A stretch of DNA of 64,000 nt, taken from NCBI GenBank assembly GCA_963708075.1, contig OY970194.1, positions 5,248,001 to 5,312,000 of the forward strand. The letters run 5' to 3'. The notes under the pieces are model-generated. The model saw only the letters and a program-made list of their open reading frames with translations, did no database searches and was not told the DNA's origin. The translations under genes were made by a program, and so were the position numbers. The stretch is from Sedimentisphaerales bacterium (GTDB lineage Bacteria > Planctomycetota > Phycisphaerae > Sedimentisphaerales > Anaerobacaceae). Positions 42,848 through 53,100 of this stretch are shown here, one piece after another; position 1 is the first letter of the stretch; the number at the start of each line of letters is the position of its first letter.

Positions 42848-45358
42848 GTGAAGAGGACGAAACGATCGCGCGAGCGGCGGCTGGGGAAAGAGGCATTTGG
42901 GGCGGGGGCGAAGGCGGCGTTGCTGTGCCTGGGCATGGGCGTTTGCCTGTTCCTGCTGTTCAGTTGCCTGAGCTTTCATATTGCCGACTGGCCGAGCCGG
43001 TACGTGCAGCCGCACAATGAGCCGCCGGCGAACTGGTGCGGCTCGATGGGTGCGTTCTCCGCTTACTACCTGATTTACTACATCGGCCCCGGCGCGTATA
43101 TCCTCCTGATCGCGACCATTGGTTACTGCTTTGCCAAGCTGGCCCGCCGGCCGGTCGGCCAGCCGATATTCCGCATCATCGGTCTGGTCCTGCTGACTGC
43201 GGCGGCCTCCTGCACGTTCTACTGTTTCTGGCCGCATAAGAGGTATCCGTTCCCCATGGGCTCGGGCGGAGTGCTCGGCGTCTGTTTGGCGGGCCTCCTC
43301 CGGGCCAACTTCGCCACGCTCGGCACGTTCATCCTCGTCACCGCGACGTGGGTGGTCGGCTTGGCCCTGCTGGCCGACAGCCTGATTGTCAGTATGTTCG
43401 CCGCCGGTGGGATCGCCATACGGAAGCTTGTGGGCGTGCTGGTGCCCGCCTGGGCGGTCGCCAAGGAGAACTCCGAAGCCCTCGGCAGCATTTGGCAAAG
43501 GCTCAGTGCCCGGCAGAAAGGGCTCGCGACAGAACGTCGCCGGGAACCAGTGCCTGCCCCGGCGTCGGGTCCTGTCCAGTATGTCTCGCCGCAGATCGAG
43601 GAGTCACAGGAAGAACCCGAGCCCGTGGAGGCTGCAGAGCCTGTGGAAACGCCGGTGCCTGTCCCCGCCAGGCGGCCGGAGATCGCCGAAGTCAAGCGTC
43701 CTCCGGAGAGGCGCGAGCAGCCGGCGTATGTCCAGCCGGCTTATGACGACTACACAATGCCGCCGCTGGACCTGCTGGCCGAAGGCGAATATGGGTATGC
43801 GTCTCTCCAGGAACAAGTGGTTAAGGCCAAGGCGGCGGACTTGGAAAAACTACTGAGCGAGTTCAACGTGAACGCTCGCGTGGTCGCTTCCGAGACCGGG
43901 CCGGTCGTGACTATGTTCGAGCTGGAGCTGGCGGCCGGCGTCAAGGTCAGCCACATCTCCAGTCTCTCCAACGACATCGCCCGGGCCCTGGGCGCCGGCG
44001 CGGTCCGCGTCGTGGCCCCGATCCCCGGCAAGCACACGATCGGCATCGAGGTGCCCAACAACGAGAAGGAAAAAGTCCGAATGCGCAATATGATGGAACT
44101 CGCGGGCGACCGGCCGCGGCAAGATGCAGATCCCGCTGTTCCTGGGCAAGGACTCCTCCGGCGAGGCCCTGGTGTCGGACCTGACGAAGATGCCGCACCT
44201 GCTGATCGCCGGCACCACTGGCAGCGGCAAAAGTGTCTGCATCAATACCATCATTGTCGGTATTTTGATGACCAAGCGGCCGGACGAGGTCAAACTGATC
44301 CTGGTCGACCCAAAAATGGTCGAAATGACAGCTTTCAATACCGTGCCGCACCTGATGTGCCCGATCGTGACGGAGACGCAGACGGCGGTGCAGATTCTCG
44401 AATGGGCCACCGTCAAGATGGACGAGCGTTACGCCCTGCTGGCCGAAGCGAAGGTGAAGAATATCGCCGAGTTCAACAAGCTCGGCACGGAAGAGATTAT
44501 CGCCCGTTTCAATCCGAGCACGCCGGACGAAGAGGCGAAGATCCCCAAGAAGCTGCCGTACATCGTGATCGTCATCGACGAGCTGGCCGACCTGATGATG
44601 ACGGCCTCCAAGGAAATCGAGGCCTACATCGTGCGACTGGCCCAGAAGAGCCGGGCGATCGGCATCCACATCATCCTGGCCACGCAGCGCCCGCAGGCGA
44701 CGGTCGTGACGGGCCTGATCAAATCGAACATGCCGTGCCGCGTCGCGTTTCCGCGTGGCCGCCCGCATGGACAGCCGCATCATCCTCGACCAGAACGGCG
44801 CCGAAACCCTCCTCGGCGAGGGCGACATGCTCTTCCTCAAGCCCGGCACGAGCGATCTTATCCGGGCCCAGGGCACATTCCTCGACGACGCGGAAATCAA
44901 GCCGGATCATCAAGCACCTCAAGGAGGTGGCCGAGCCGCAGTTCCATCCGGAGCTGACGCAACTGCGCAAGGTCGATGCCGCCGATATGCCGAAGGACGA
45001 TTTGTTCGACGAGGCGGTCCGAGTCGTGCTCGAGAGCAAACGCGGCAGCGTGTCGCTGCTCCAGCGAAAGCTGAGCGTCGGCTACGCCCGCGCCTCGCGG
45101 ATTATCGAGATGATGGCCGCCGCCGGCATTCTCGGCGAGTACAAGGGCAGCCAGGCCCGCGAGGTCCTCATGACGCTCGAGGAATACGAAGCCGTTCGCG
45201 ACCAGATGAACAAAGACGCCGAAGCGGGTTTTGCCGACCTGGCCGAAGAGCCCGGCGAACAGGATGCCGCACCTGCCGAGCCGACCGAGAAAGCCTACGC
45301 CACCGAAGGCCAGCAAGGCTACGTCTCCACCGACATCGAGGAAGAAGAGGACGAGTAG
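42848..45358 (+). CDS. ftsK: DNA translocase FtsK/SpoIIIE (three compensating indels)
   Basis: 4TM N-terminus, GPVVTMFEL, GTTGSGKS, IDELADLM, ATQRP, SLLQRKL; motor motifs in shifted frames between about 44120 and 44905. Confidence 0.95.
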   Translation: MKRTKRSRERRLGKEAFGAGAKAALLCLGMGVCLFLLFSCLSFHIADWPSRYVQPHNEPPANWCGSMGAFSAYYLIYYIGPGAYILLIATIGYCFAKLARRPVGQPIFRIIGLVLLTAAASCTFYCFWPHKRYPFPMGSGGVLGVCLAGLLRANFATLGTFILVTATWVVGLALLADSLIVSMFAAGGIAIRKLVGVLVPAWAVAKENSEALGSIWQRLSARQKGLATERRREPVPAPASGPVQYVSPQIEESQEEPEPVEAAEPVETPVPVPARRPEIAEVKRPPERREQPAYVQPAYDDYTMPPLDLLAEGEYGYASLQEQVVKAKAADLEKLLSEFNVNARVVASETGPVVTMFELELAAGVKVSHISSLSNDIARALGAGAVRVVAPIPGKHTIGIEVPNNEKEKVRMRNMMELAGDRPRQDADPAVPGQGLLRRGPGVGPDEDAAPADRRHHWQRQKCLHQYHHCRYFDDQAAGRGQTDPGRPKNGRNDSFQYRAAPDVPDRDGDADGGADSRMGHRQDGRALRPAGRSEGEEYRRVQQARHGRDYRPFQSEHAGRRGEDPQEAAVHRDRHRRAGRPDDDGLQGNRGLHRATGPEEPGDRHPHHPGHAAPAGDGRDGPDQIEHAVPRRVSAWPPAWTAASSSTRTAPKPSSARATCSSSSPARAILSGPRAHSSTTRKSSRIIKHLKEVAEPQFHPELTQLRKVDAADMPKDDLFDEAVRVVLESKRGSVSLLQRKLSVGYARASRIIEMMAAAGILGEYKGSQAREVLMTLEEYEAVRDQMNKDAEAGFADLAEEPGEQDAAPAEPTEKAYATEGQQGYVSTDIEEEEDE

Positions 45359-45485
45359 CAGGTTTTTCAGACACGGATGAACGCGGATTGACACGGATTT
45401 TGTAGGGTGTGCACCGCACACCGATTCCCTCACAGGGGACGTGTGACATGCGCGGTCACGTAGGATGGGCTTCAGCCCATGCGGA

Positions 45486-45821
45486 TCATTGTTTCTTCTT
45501 TCGTGCTACGAGCCAGGAACATCGGGCCCAGCGAGCCAGCTCGTCCGGGTTTTCCAGGACATCGCCAGGGATTTCATAATAGGTCCGAATCGTGGTCTTG
45601 ATCTTCTCCGGATAGGGCTCGAAGGGAGCCGAGCCCGCCCGCACGAAGTCCTCGCGATTCGAGTCGTCCACCTTCAGGTAGGCGGCATCCTCGGCGAGGA
45701 CCGCGAACATCGTCCCCTCACGATACAGTCCGGCCCCGCCGAACATCCGGCGCACGGACACCTCGCCCCAGCCCGAGAGCTGCTCAACGACGTAATCCAC
45801 GAATTCATCCGACACGCCCAT
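45486..45821 (-). CDS. TfoX/Sxy N-terminal domain protein
   Basis: RRMFGGAGLY, YLKVD, YYEIP.DVLE. Confidence 0.88.
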   Translation of the reverse strand: MGVSDEFVDYVVEQLSGWGEVSVRRMFGGAGLYREGTMFAVLAEDAAYLKVDDSNREDFVRAGSAPFEPYPEKIKTTIRTYYEIPGDVLENPDELARWARCSWLVARKKKQ

Positions 45822-46093
45822 CAGTCCTGCCTCCCCTGCTTCTCCATCACCGATGGAACAAAGTGGCCCTCATAGAAGGATGGCAGCCCCCGGAAGATAT
45901 CCAGCAACTGCTCCACCGCAACCACGCTCGCGTCATGTTCTACGACGACTCCATGCCCCTCCCTGTAGAACTTGCTCACACCTCGCATCCGGCCAAAGAT
46001 GGATGCCATCTCCTCAATGCATCGGTCGCACTTGCACCCGCACTCCGCAATGATGGAGGTACAATCCAAATGAAACGCCGTACGACTGGTCAT
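45821..46093 (-). CDS. Small HMA-like metal-binding protein
   Basis: C.KCDRC followed by GV...VEHD ferredoxin-like pattern. Confidence 0.6.
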   Translation of the reverse strand: MTSRTAFHLDCTSIIAECGCKCDRCIEEMASIFGRMRGVSKFYREGHGVVVEHDASVVAVEQLLDIFRGLPSFYEGHFVPSVMEKQGRQD

Positions 46094-46116
46094 AGTTCTC
46101 TCCTTCTATGCTCCTG

Positions 46117-46518
46117 TCATTTCATCGAGTCACGAAGCTGCTCCCTTACCTTGTCCTGTGGCACGCCAGTCCCATCCAGCGACACCACAATCGGCATCGA
46201 ATAGGTTCCCCCATCGTAGATGACCGTAAGCATCTTGTCATCGACCGACTCCCAGGAGTATTTGCCCCAGTCCGATGCGTGGCAGGGCAAACCAGAACTC
46301 GAACAGAAATCACGGAAGTCCTCTTTCGATGCCGGGGGATGTCCCTTGGTTTCCATGTACCTGCGAAGTCCTGCCGCGAATCTGGTGATCTCAGTGATCG
46401 GTTCTGCTTCTTGGGTTTGCTCTGGGCCAATGCGGGTAGACGACCTGCACCCCGACACCGATGCGGCAATCACCACCGCAATCAGAAAGCCCACTATTGA
46501 GAAACGCCTTCTACTCAT
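46117..46518 (-). CDS. Lipoprotein of unknown function
   Basis: MSRRRFSIVGFLIAVVIAASVSGC lipobox. Confidence 0.6.
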   Translation of the reverse strand: MSRRRFSIVGFLIAVVIAASVSGCRSSTRIGPEQTQEAEPITEITRFAAGLRRYMETKGHPPASKEDFRDFCSSSGLPCHASDWGKYSWESVDDKMLTVIYDGGTYSMPIVVSLDGTGVPQDKVREQLRDSMK

Positions 46519-46557
46519 GTGTTCCGCATGCCTTGAGGAGCCCATCGCGTGTCTCCA

Positions 46558-46677
46558 CCTGACCCCTCGCGTCCCGCCAAAGACCGCCTTCATCTCCCCA
46601 ATGCACCTGCCGCCGTTGACTCCACACGCCGGAATGATCGGCGTACAGTCCAAATGAAACGCCGTACGACTGGTCAT
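46558..46677 (-). pseudogene. Diverged 5' fragment of the HMA-like gene
   Basis: MTSRTAFHLDCTPIIPACG...RGV mirrors the N-terminus of 45821-46093. Confidence 0.75.
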
Positions 46678-46698
46678 GGCCCTTTCCTCAATCAGCTA

Positions 46699-47085
46699 CT
46701 ATGGTAGCCTCCCCGTGCGCAGGTTCACCGTGAACTCATAGCCTCTGGCCCATTCAAAATCAGGCCAACCCAGTATGGTGGAGCTGATTCCGTTTCGTAT
46801 TTCTGCCTTCAGGGTGTCAAAGACCGCTTCCACCTCCTCAAAGTCTTTCTGATCAACATGGACGGTCACCATGATATCTCTCGCGGATATGGTCGCATAG
46901 GCCTCAAATTTGAGTGTCACGAAGTTTTGTTTGACCTTGTTCCTGTGAAAGTAGTCGTGAATGATGCCCTCCAAAATCAACTCATCCTTTCTCGTCACCT
47001 TTGTCCCATCGGAACTGACCAGTGGGATACTTAGGGACAGGCAAACCAATGAGCACATGACGACCGCACTCCTGCGGGCTCCCAT
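46699..47085 (-). CDS. Secreted hypothetical protein
   Basis: Signal-like N-terminus, lower GC. Confidence 0.5.
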   Translation of the reverse strand: MGARRSAVVMCSLVCLSLSIPLVSSDGTKVTRKDELILEGIIHDYFHRNKVKQNFVTLKFEAYATISARDIMVTVHVDQKDFEEVEAVFDTLKAEIRNGISSTILGWPDFEWARGYEFTVNLRTGRLP

Positions 47086-47233
47086 AGAAGACGCTCCTCA
47101 TAAATTGGTCTTGGTCATTTTGAATTCCACGGACAGCTTACCGGTTCTGGTTCTGTAATGAGTATGGCGTCCCCCGTTCAGATTCCCCTAGATTCTCATG
47201 TCCAGATTCCTGCGTTCAGATATCAGCATGTGA

Positions 47234-48256
47234 TCACGCGGTGCTCCCATTGTTTTCAGCTAAGGACGGTTCCAGATTATCTAGCAATTCTTGGCATTGG
47301 CCGCAGTAGTAGTATCCGGTTTCGATCATCTTGCAACGGTACGGATACTTTGCCGGTCGTCGTTTCGCAAAGTCAAATCGCAGCCGCAGAGAATGATAGA
47401 GTTGTTCATCTATATAGAGCTCGGCAAATGCATGCCTCTTGTTCTTCGCATGTTCCTTAGCGGTATTGTCAATGGCCCAGACTTGAGCGAAAGGTAACCC
47501 CAGGGTATTCAGGCACACGTGATTACCGGAGTCTGATATATGAGAAAGGGGGTCGTTGTAGTATTCATTGCTGCCTTGCGACAAGACGGCATGCGTTCTC
47601 AAGCCGAGGATGTCCTCATATACATTCTGGATGCGCCGAAAGACCTGAAGGAAGACTTCTGGTTTGTAGGTATTCTTGATATCGCTCCGATAATGCCCCA
47701 CTGTCCAGTTGCTCTTCAGGAGAAGAGAGTCAGCAAATGAAATGAATAGTATGTCGGGATAAGCCGCCGCGAGCCCATCAACTGCCATACGCAAGGCGAG
47801 TAACTTCTCCCTGGAGATACTGCCAGACCGAAGTGCATCCGCGAAATCGTCTGCGTCCACAAGGCAGAAGATAGAATATGATCTAAGATAGAGAAGGTCA
47901 AGCCAAGCTGTCTTTACAAATATATGGGGCTTCTCGTCACACTGCCAACACCCGACGCATGTAATGAACTGGTCCTTGGGAAGCGAGATGGCAACTTCAT
48001 GGTATCTGGTAGATATGTTTGGATACCAATCCAGCTCCATTGAGACGCTGTTGATTTCCCTGACAGTAGCAAAGCCAACATACCCAACGCTTCGGTCAGG
48101 ACCACCGGCAAAGAAATCAAGCTGTGCACGCTCCCACTCGAGCATGTATTCCTCCCCGATGAGGTAGCAATCCCTATCGAGGGGAACTCTCTCATAAGTG
48201 TAGACGTCAAACTTCTCGTGATCGAACATTCTCTTCACTGATTCCCGATGTGCCAA
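47234..48256 (-). CDS. Low-GC hypothetical protein, C-terminal half resembles class III nucleotide cyclase fold
   Basis: FCLVDADDF, ISFADSLLL, LRTHAVLSQG, LGLPFA, LYIDE; alternative start ATG 48229. Confidence 0.55.
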   Translation of the reverse strand: MAHRESVKRMFDHEKFDVYTYERVPLDRDCYLIGEEYMLEWERAQLDFFAGGPDRSVGYVGFATVREINSVSMELDWYPNISTRYHEVAISLPKDQFITCVGCWQCDEKPHIFVKTAWLDLLYLRSYSIFCLVDADDFADALRSGSISREKLLALRMAVDGLAAAYPDILFISFADSLLLKSNWTVGHYRSDIKNTYKPEVFLQVFRRIQNVYEDILGLRTHAVLSQGSNEYYNDPLSHISDSGNHVCLNTLGLPFAQVWAIDNTAKEHAKNKRHAFAELYIDEQLYHSLRLRFDFAKRRPAKYPYRCKMIETGYYYCGQCQELLDNLEPSLAENNGSTA

Positions 48257-48319
48257 CGACGATCAGGTAGTTTCTTCATCGCACTTCTCGACCATGGAAA
48301 AGACTCAAATCCGTACGTT

Positions 48320-48502
48320 TTACATTTCTGGGCGGCCGAGTTCTTTGGCTGGTTGAATCCACTCGTCGATGACTTTCTCCGCGTTGGCGACCGCCTCGGC
48401 ATAGGTAGGGCCATCCGCCATGCAGCCCGGCAGTTCGGGGACCTCTACCACAAACGACTGATCCTCCTCACTCCAATAGATGATCATCTCGTATCTACTC
48501 AT
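48320..48502 (-). CDS. hicB: HicB-like antitoxin, probably C-terminally truncated
   Basis: YWSEED..FVVEVPELPGCMADG.T..EA; ends GRPEM instead of the usual GRPIPEP. Confidence 0.8.
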   Translation of the reverse strand: MSRYEMIIYWSEEDQSFVVEVPELPGCMADGPTYAEAVANAEKVIDEWIQPAKELGRPEM

Positions 48503-48536
48503 TTTCGTCTGCTCCGCAGATCAACGAGCTCCGTCG

Positions 48537-48866
48537 CTAATCCGGGATCTCCAGCGCGACGCGTAACGCCTGGGTCAGCATTTCCATCTTCTCAGGCGGG
48601 AGTGCGCCAATGTAGTTCGTGAGCACCGATTTTGGCAAGCTGACCAACTCGTCGCAGTGGATGCTGCTCTCGTGCTTCAAACCCTCATCCGGGCCGACGG
48701 GCACTTGCGTTGCCAGCCCGTCATAGACGGTGTAGACCGGCGCACAGACCACTGTGGAGAAGCGGGAGTCGATCAGCACCTGACGACCGACGACCACAAA
48801 CACCCGATATCTCTTTGGATCGCGCGCCGAGGGGTGGGCTACCCGGTAAAGCTCGCCACGCTTCAT
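48537..48866 (-). CDS. mazF: PemK/MazF family toxin
   Basis: [30 protein letters not shown]...ALRVAL. Confidence 0.88.
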   Translation of the reverse strand: MKRGELYRVAHPSARDPKRYRVFVVVGRQVLIDSRFSTVVCAPVYTVYDGLATQVPVGPDEGLKHESSIHCDELVSLPKSVLTNYIGALPPEKMEMLTQALRVALEIPD

Positions 48867-49096
48867 GGGAGCACCTGATACTCCAGCACATCGCTGGCTT
48901 CCTGGTTCAGGGAATCCGCGTTTCGGTTGATAATCTCAAGATCGCGGGCGTTCTGTTCGTCGCGGGTCAGTTGCTGGATAAAGGCCCAGACAGCAGTTTC
49001 GATGAAATCAGAGCGTGTCTTCTTCTGCTGCTTGGTCCGTTTATCGACAGCCTTCAGCAGCTCCTCCGAAAGTGTGATAGATGTCTTGACTTTCAT
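48863..49096 (-). CDS. Ribbon-helix-helix antitoxin
   Basis: [16 protein letters not shown]...RSDFIE.A; ATGA overlap with toxin. Confidence 0.88.
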   Translation of the reverse strand: MKVKTSITLSEELLKAVDKRTKQQKKTRSDFIETAVWAFIQQLTRDEQNARDLEIINRNADSLNQEASDVLEYQVLP

Positions 49097-49102
49097 ACTA
49101 CC

Positions 49103-49131
49103 AATATACTTGCATCGTCCTGCACTGTCAA
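49103..49131 (-). promoter_or_regulatory. Sigma70 promoter of the TA operon (probably leaderless)
   Basis: TTGACA-17-TATATT, 6 nt before ATG. Confidence 0.75.
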
Positions 49132-49149
49132 TGCTTTGGATTCTCTTTA

Positions 49150-49958
49150 TTAGCTTGCGGTTTCGGCGCTGTAGCGGGCGATGAGGCCGGTGCGGATGGC
49201 GTAGTGGTGGATGCGCGTGAAGAACCAGGCGGTGAGCAGGATGTAGAGGACCGCCAGGGAGGCGGCCCAGAGGAGCAGGGCGGGGTGAGCGGGCCGGCCG
49301 GCGAGGATCGTCCGCATGCTCTCGAAGACGTAGGCCGGCGGGAGCAGGTGCGAGACGTACTGCATCCAGTGGGGCAGGACCGAAAGCGGATAGAAGACCG
49401 CGGCAAACGGGGAGAGGAACGCCGGGATGGGCCAGACGAACCACTCCGCCGCCGGGCCGTACCGCAGCACCAGGGCATTGGCGAGAATCGCCCAGCGCGA
49501 TGCCGAACAGAAACAGCACGAGCAGGTAGGGGATGAGCATGAGGCCGTAGCCGAAGAAGGACAGGCCGAACACGGCGGTCGCCAGGATGAGCATCACGAT
49601 CAGCCCGACCGCGCTGGTCGCGACGCTCGACAGCACCAGGCCGCGCGAGGTATTCCGAGATCGTCAGCGGCGTCGCGAACAGGTTCAGGAAATTGCGGGA
49701 CCAGACGTCCTCGAGGAACGTCGTCGTCACGCCGTACATCACACGGGTGAAGAAGTCCCAGAACAGCACCGCCCCGAGCAGCATGGGGACGAAGTTGGGC
49801 CCGGCAGTGGTGATGGCGTTCAGGTACCGCGTGATGAATCCCCACAGCACGATGTCGATGGCCGCCCACACGAACACCGGCAGCAGGCGCGCGGGGCTGC
49901 CGCGCATGAGGTAGAACTGACGAAGCAGAATGGCGGCGATGCGGCGGACGTGGATCAT
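49150..49958 (-). CDS. ABC-2 type permease (two indels)
   Basis: FLEDVWSRNFLNLFATPL, AVFYPLSVLP.W.Q; split over three frames. Confidence 0.88.
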
Positions 49959-50755
49959 GGCCCGTTGCCCCCAAGAGTCAACGGCTCGCGCGCGACGGCG
50001 ATGAACAGGTCTTCGAGCGTCTCCTTTCCGTACTCGCGCGGCAGGGTCTTGGGGTTGCCTTCGAGCAGGATTTTGCCGTGCGAGAGGAACAGCACGCGGT
50101 CGCACACCTTCTCGACCTCGGCCATGTTGTGCGAGGTCCACAGGACACCGACGGCCTCCTGATTGGAGAACTCGCAGATCTTGGTGCGGATGTCGCGGGC
50201 GGTGGCGGGGTCGAGCGAGGCGGTGGGCTCGTCGAGCAGCAGCAGGTGCGGCTGGTTGAGCATCGCCTTGGCCAGTCCCGCGCGGGTCTGCTCGCCGGAG
50301 GACAGGACGCCGCACTTGGTATTTCGGAACTGCTCGAGGTCGAACTCCTTCAGCACTTCCGTAATCCGCTCGGCCATACCCTCGACGCCATACAGCAATC
50401 CGAAGAACCGCAGATTCTGATGCACTGTCAGGTTCCCTGGCAGCGGCGCGTAGACGGCCGCGAAGTTCGTCCGTTCCAGGGCCCGGCGACGATGTACAGC
50501 GATGTCCATGCCTTCAATGTGGATCGATCCTGCGGTCGGCTCCAGAATGCCCAGGACCATGTTGATGATCGTCGTCTTGCCCGCGCCATTGGGCCCGAGT
50601 AGCCCGACGATCTCGTTGCGACCCACGTCGAACGAAACGCCATCCACCGCCACGGTCCGGCCAAAGGCCTTATGCAGATCCGTGGTCGATAGCACCTTCG
50701 GTGCCGGGGGCGCCTCGGAAGCCTGCGACTGCTCTGCTGTCATGCCTGGTTGCAT
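49955..50755 (-). CDS. ABC transporter ATP-binding protein
   Basis: GPNGAGKT, LSSGE, LLLDEPT, TSH. Confidence 0.95.
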   Translation of the reverse strand: MQPGMTAEQSQASEAPPAPKVLSTTDLHKAFGRTVAVDGVSFDVGRNEIVGLLGPNGAGKTTIINMVLGILEPTAGSIHIEGMDIAVHRRRALERTNFAAVYAPLPGNLTVHQNLRFFGLLYGVEGMAERITEVLKEFDLEQFRNTKCGVLSSGEQTRAGLAKAMLNQPHLLLLDEPTASLDPATARDIRTKICEFSNQEAVGVLWTSHNMAEVEKVCDRVLFLSHGKILLEGNPKTLPREYGKETLEDLFIAVAREPLTLGGNGP

Positions 50756-51013
50756 ATAGGCGACGATGATAGGCCCGCCCGCCCACGCAGACAAGAGCGG
50801 GTTTTGCCTAACGCCGGGCTTCCTCGGGTTGGACCTGCTCGACGTGCGAGAGATCGCTGTTGGCATGCGTCGTTGACCGCCCGCACGGCGTTTGGTATAC
50901 TGCATGGCGTCGGGCGGAGAGCCGGTTCTGCGGCGCTGCGTGGCATGCGGGGAACAGGCTCATGGATTCAGACGAGTGCCTCAGGGTCCAGGGCGCGAGA
51001 TGGAGGACGAGAA

Positions 51014-52766
51014 ATGCCGGTTCTACGGGCGATCTTCATCCTGACGGCAGTCGGTCTTGTCAGTTTCCCGGCGCAGGCGAAATACAGCGGCGGCAGCGGG
51101 ACCGCGAAAGATCCCTGGCGCATCGCCACAAAGAAAGACCTGATCACCCTGGCGGGCAGTCCGGCGGACTTCGCCTCGCATTTCCGTGTCATCGCCGATA
51201 TCGACCTGTCGGGGCAGGCGTACACCATGGCCCTGATCGCCCCCGCCACGAAGACCGGTCCGAACTGGACGTTTGAGGCGGTCCCGTTCACCGGCGTGTT
51301 CGATGGCAACGGTCACAAGATCACAGCTCTGGCGATCAACGACGGCAAGCGCGGGCCAGGCTATTTCGGACTGTTCGGCTGTATCGGCCGAGGCGGCTTG
51401 GTCACGAATCTGCGCCTCGAGCGAGTGAACATTACCGCCGGCGCTGTCGCACAGTACGTTGGCGGCCTTGCCGGGCTGAACGACAGCGGTACCATCACCG
51501 ATTGCAGCATCGCCGGCGACATTACGGGTGCCCACAGCACGAAAGTCGGTGCGTTGGCAGGAGAGAACGGCACGGCCGGCACGATCGCTCGTTGCCATGT
51601 CCTCTCAGGCACGGTTCGCGGGGGTGTGGAAGCCGGCGGCCTCGTGGGAAGAAATGTCTCCGGCGCGCGGATCACAGACTGCGATGCTGCTGACAACGTT
51701 GTCGCGGAAGGATTCCATGTCGGCGGGCTGGTTGGATTGAACCAGGGCACCATAGCTCGCTGCCAGGCCACAGGCAGCATTACCCACAGCGTCCTTATGG
51801 CATGGGGGCTCGGCGGCTTGGTGGGCCATAACGACGGGATGATCATCCATTGCCGGGCAACCGGCAGTGTCACGGGTGAGCGCTCGACACAACTGCTTGG
51901 CGGGTTAGTTGGTGAGAATGGGCGACGAGCGGCGATCATCGATTGTAGTGCCACCGGCAAGGTGACCAGCGAACAAGGACCGGGAGTCGGTGGACTCGTA
52001 GGTACCAACGCGGGGCTTGTCACTCATTGTTGTGCGACGGGAGGCGTGGCAGGCGCATTATTGTCGGGCGGGTTGGCAGGTGGGAATGGCGGAGCAATTA
52101 CCAACTGCTATGCTACCGGGAGTGCCACCGGCAGCGGCGGGGGAGTCGCGGGTGGCGGATTGGCAGGCAGCAACGATATCGCTGGAACGATTGTCAACTG
52201 CTATGCCACCGGCAGCGTAACCGGCTTCTCCGGCGCCGGGGGACTGGCAGGGTCCAACGGTGGCGCGATCACCAACTCCTACGCAGTGGGAAGGGTAACC
52301 GGCGCGGGTACGTGGCTTGGCGGACTGGTTGGCCTCCTGCCGCCCGATACAGCGGCGCAGACGGCCAACTGCTTTTGGGATACTCAGACGAGCGGGCAGA
52401 CCAAGAGCAAGGGTGGCACCGGTGAGAACCACGGTCCAGATGCAGACGGCGAAGACCTTTCTCGACGGCTCGTGGGATTTCAACTGCGTGTGGGACATCG
52501 TGGAGAAGAAGACGTATCCATTCCTGCGATTCAACCCTGCCGCCGATTTGAATTGCGACGCCAGGGTGAATCTCAAGGACTTTGCCAGGCTCGCGCTCAA
52601 TTGGTCGAAGACCTGCGGCGTCTCGACCAATCCCCCGCTGCCCAAATGCCCGCTCGCGGGCGACTTGAATTATGACAAGACGGTGGATGCGACGGACCTG
52701 ACCGTAATGGCCGTTCAATGGCTGGACACCCGCAAGCCGGCCGCCGATCAGCAGAACGCTGACTGA
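51014..52766 (+). CDS. Secreted GLUG-repeat protein with C-terminal dockerin-like repeats (indel near 52425)
   Basis: YSGGSGT..DP, FTGVFDGNGH, many GGLVG.N repeats, ADLNCD/GDLNYD. Confidence 0.88.
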
Positions 52767-52788
52767 CCTGTCGCCACGCATCTGGTAG

Positions 52789-52907
52789 AATGGGGGCATG
52801 AGCAAGGATTTGAAAGATAAGACGCTGGACGAGCTTGAGGCGGTTGTGACCGGGCTGGGGCAGAAGAAGTACCTGGCGGGCTACATCTTCAAGTTCATCC
52901 ATGTGCA
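52789..52907 (+). pseudogene. 5' fragment duplicate of rlmN
   Basis: 119 bp matching 54465-54583 with 2 mismatches. Confidence 0.9.
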
Positions 52908-53100
52908 CGTGAGGCAGGGGGGGCACACCGGATACCGCGGTCACGTCCGCTTTCCGTTACACGCGTGGAACCGCCCGGCTGCAGGACGACGCATCCATTG
53001 TAAAATGTGAATGTGCAGGTGTGATCCCAAGTCCCCCCGCTAACGTATATCATGCGTATATCATGTCTGTTTTGCAGCATCTACTTTGAAGGGGGACGGT

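Noticed and set aside
40323..42896. ORFs overlapping the repeats and the HNH gene
   Set aside because: Translations of palindromic or heptamer repeats, or antisense to a real gene
42848..45358. FtsK with an apparently novel middle domain
   Set aside because: Artefact of three compensating indels; the motor motifs are in the other frames. Similar indels affect uxaE, the methyltransferase, the permease, GLUG and DUF6263 genes
33890..48330. Classical integron/attC cassette array
   Set aside because: No IntI tyrosine recombinase; only a weak attC-like start near 39475-39500 without a matching GTTRRRY arm
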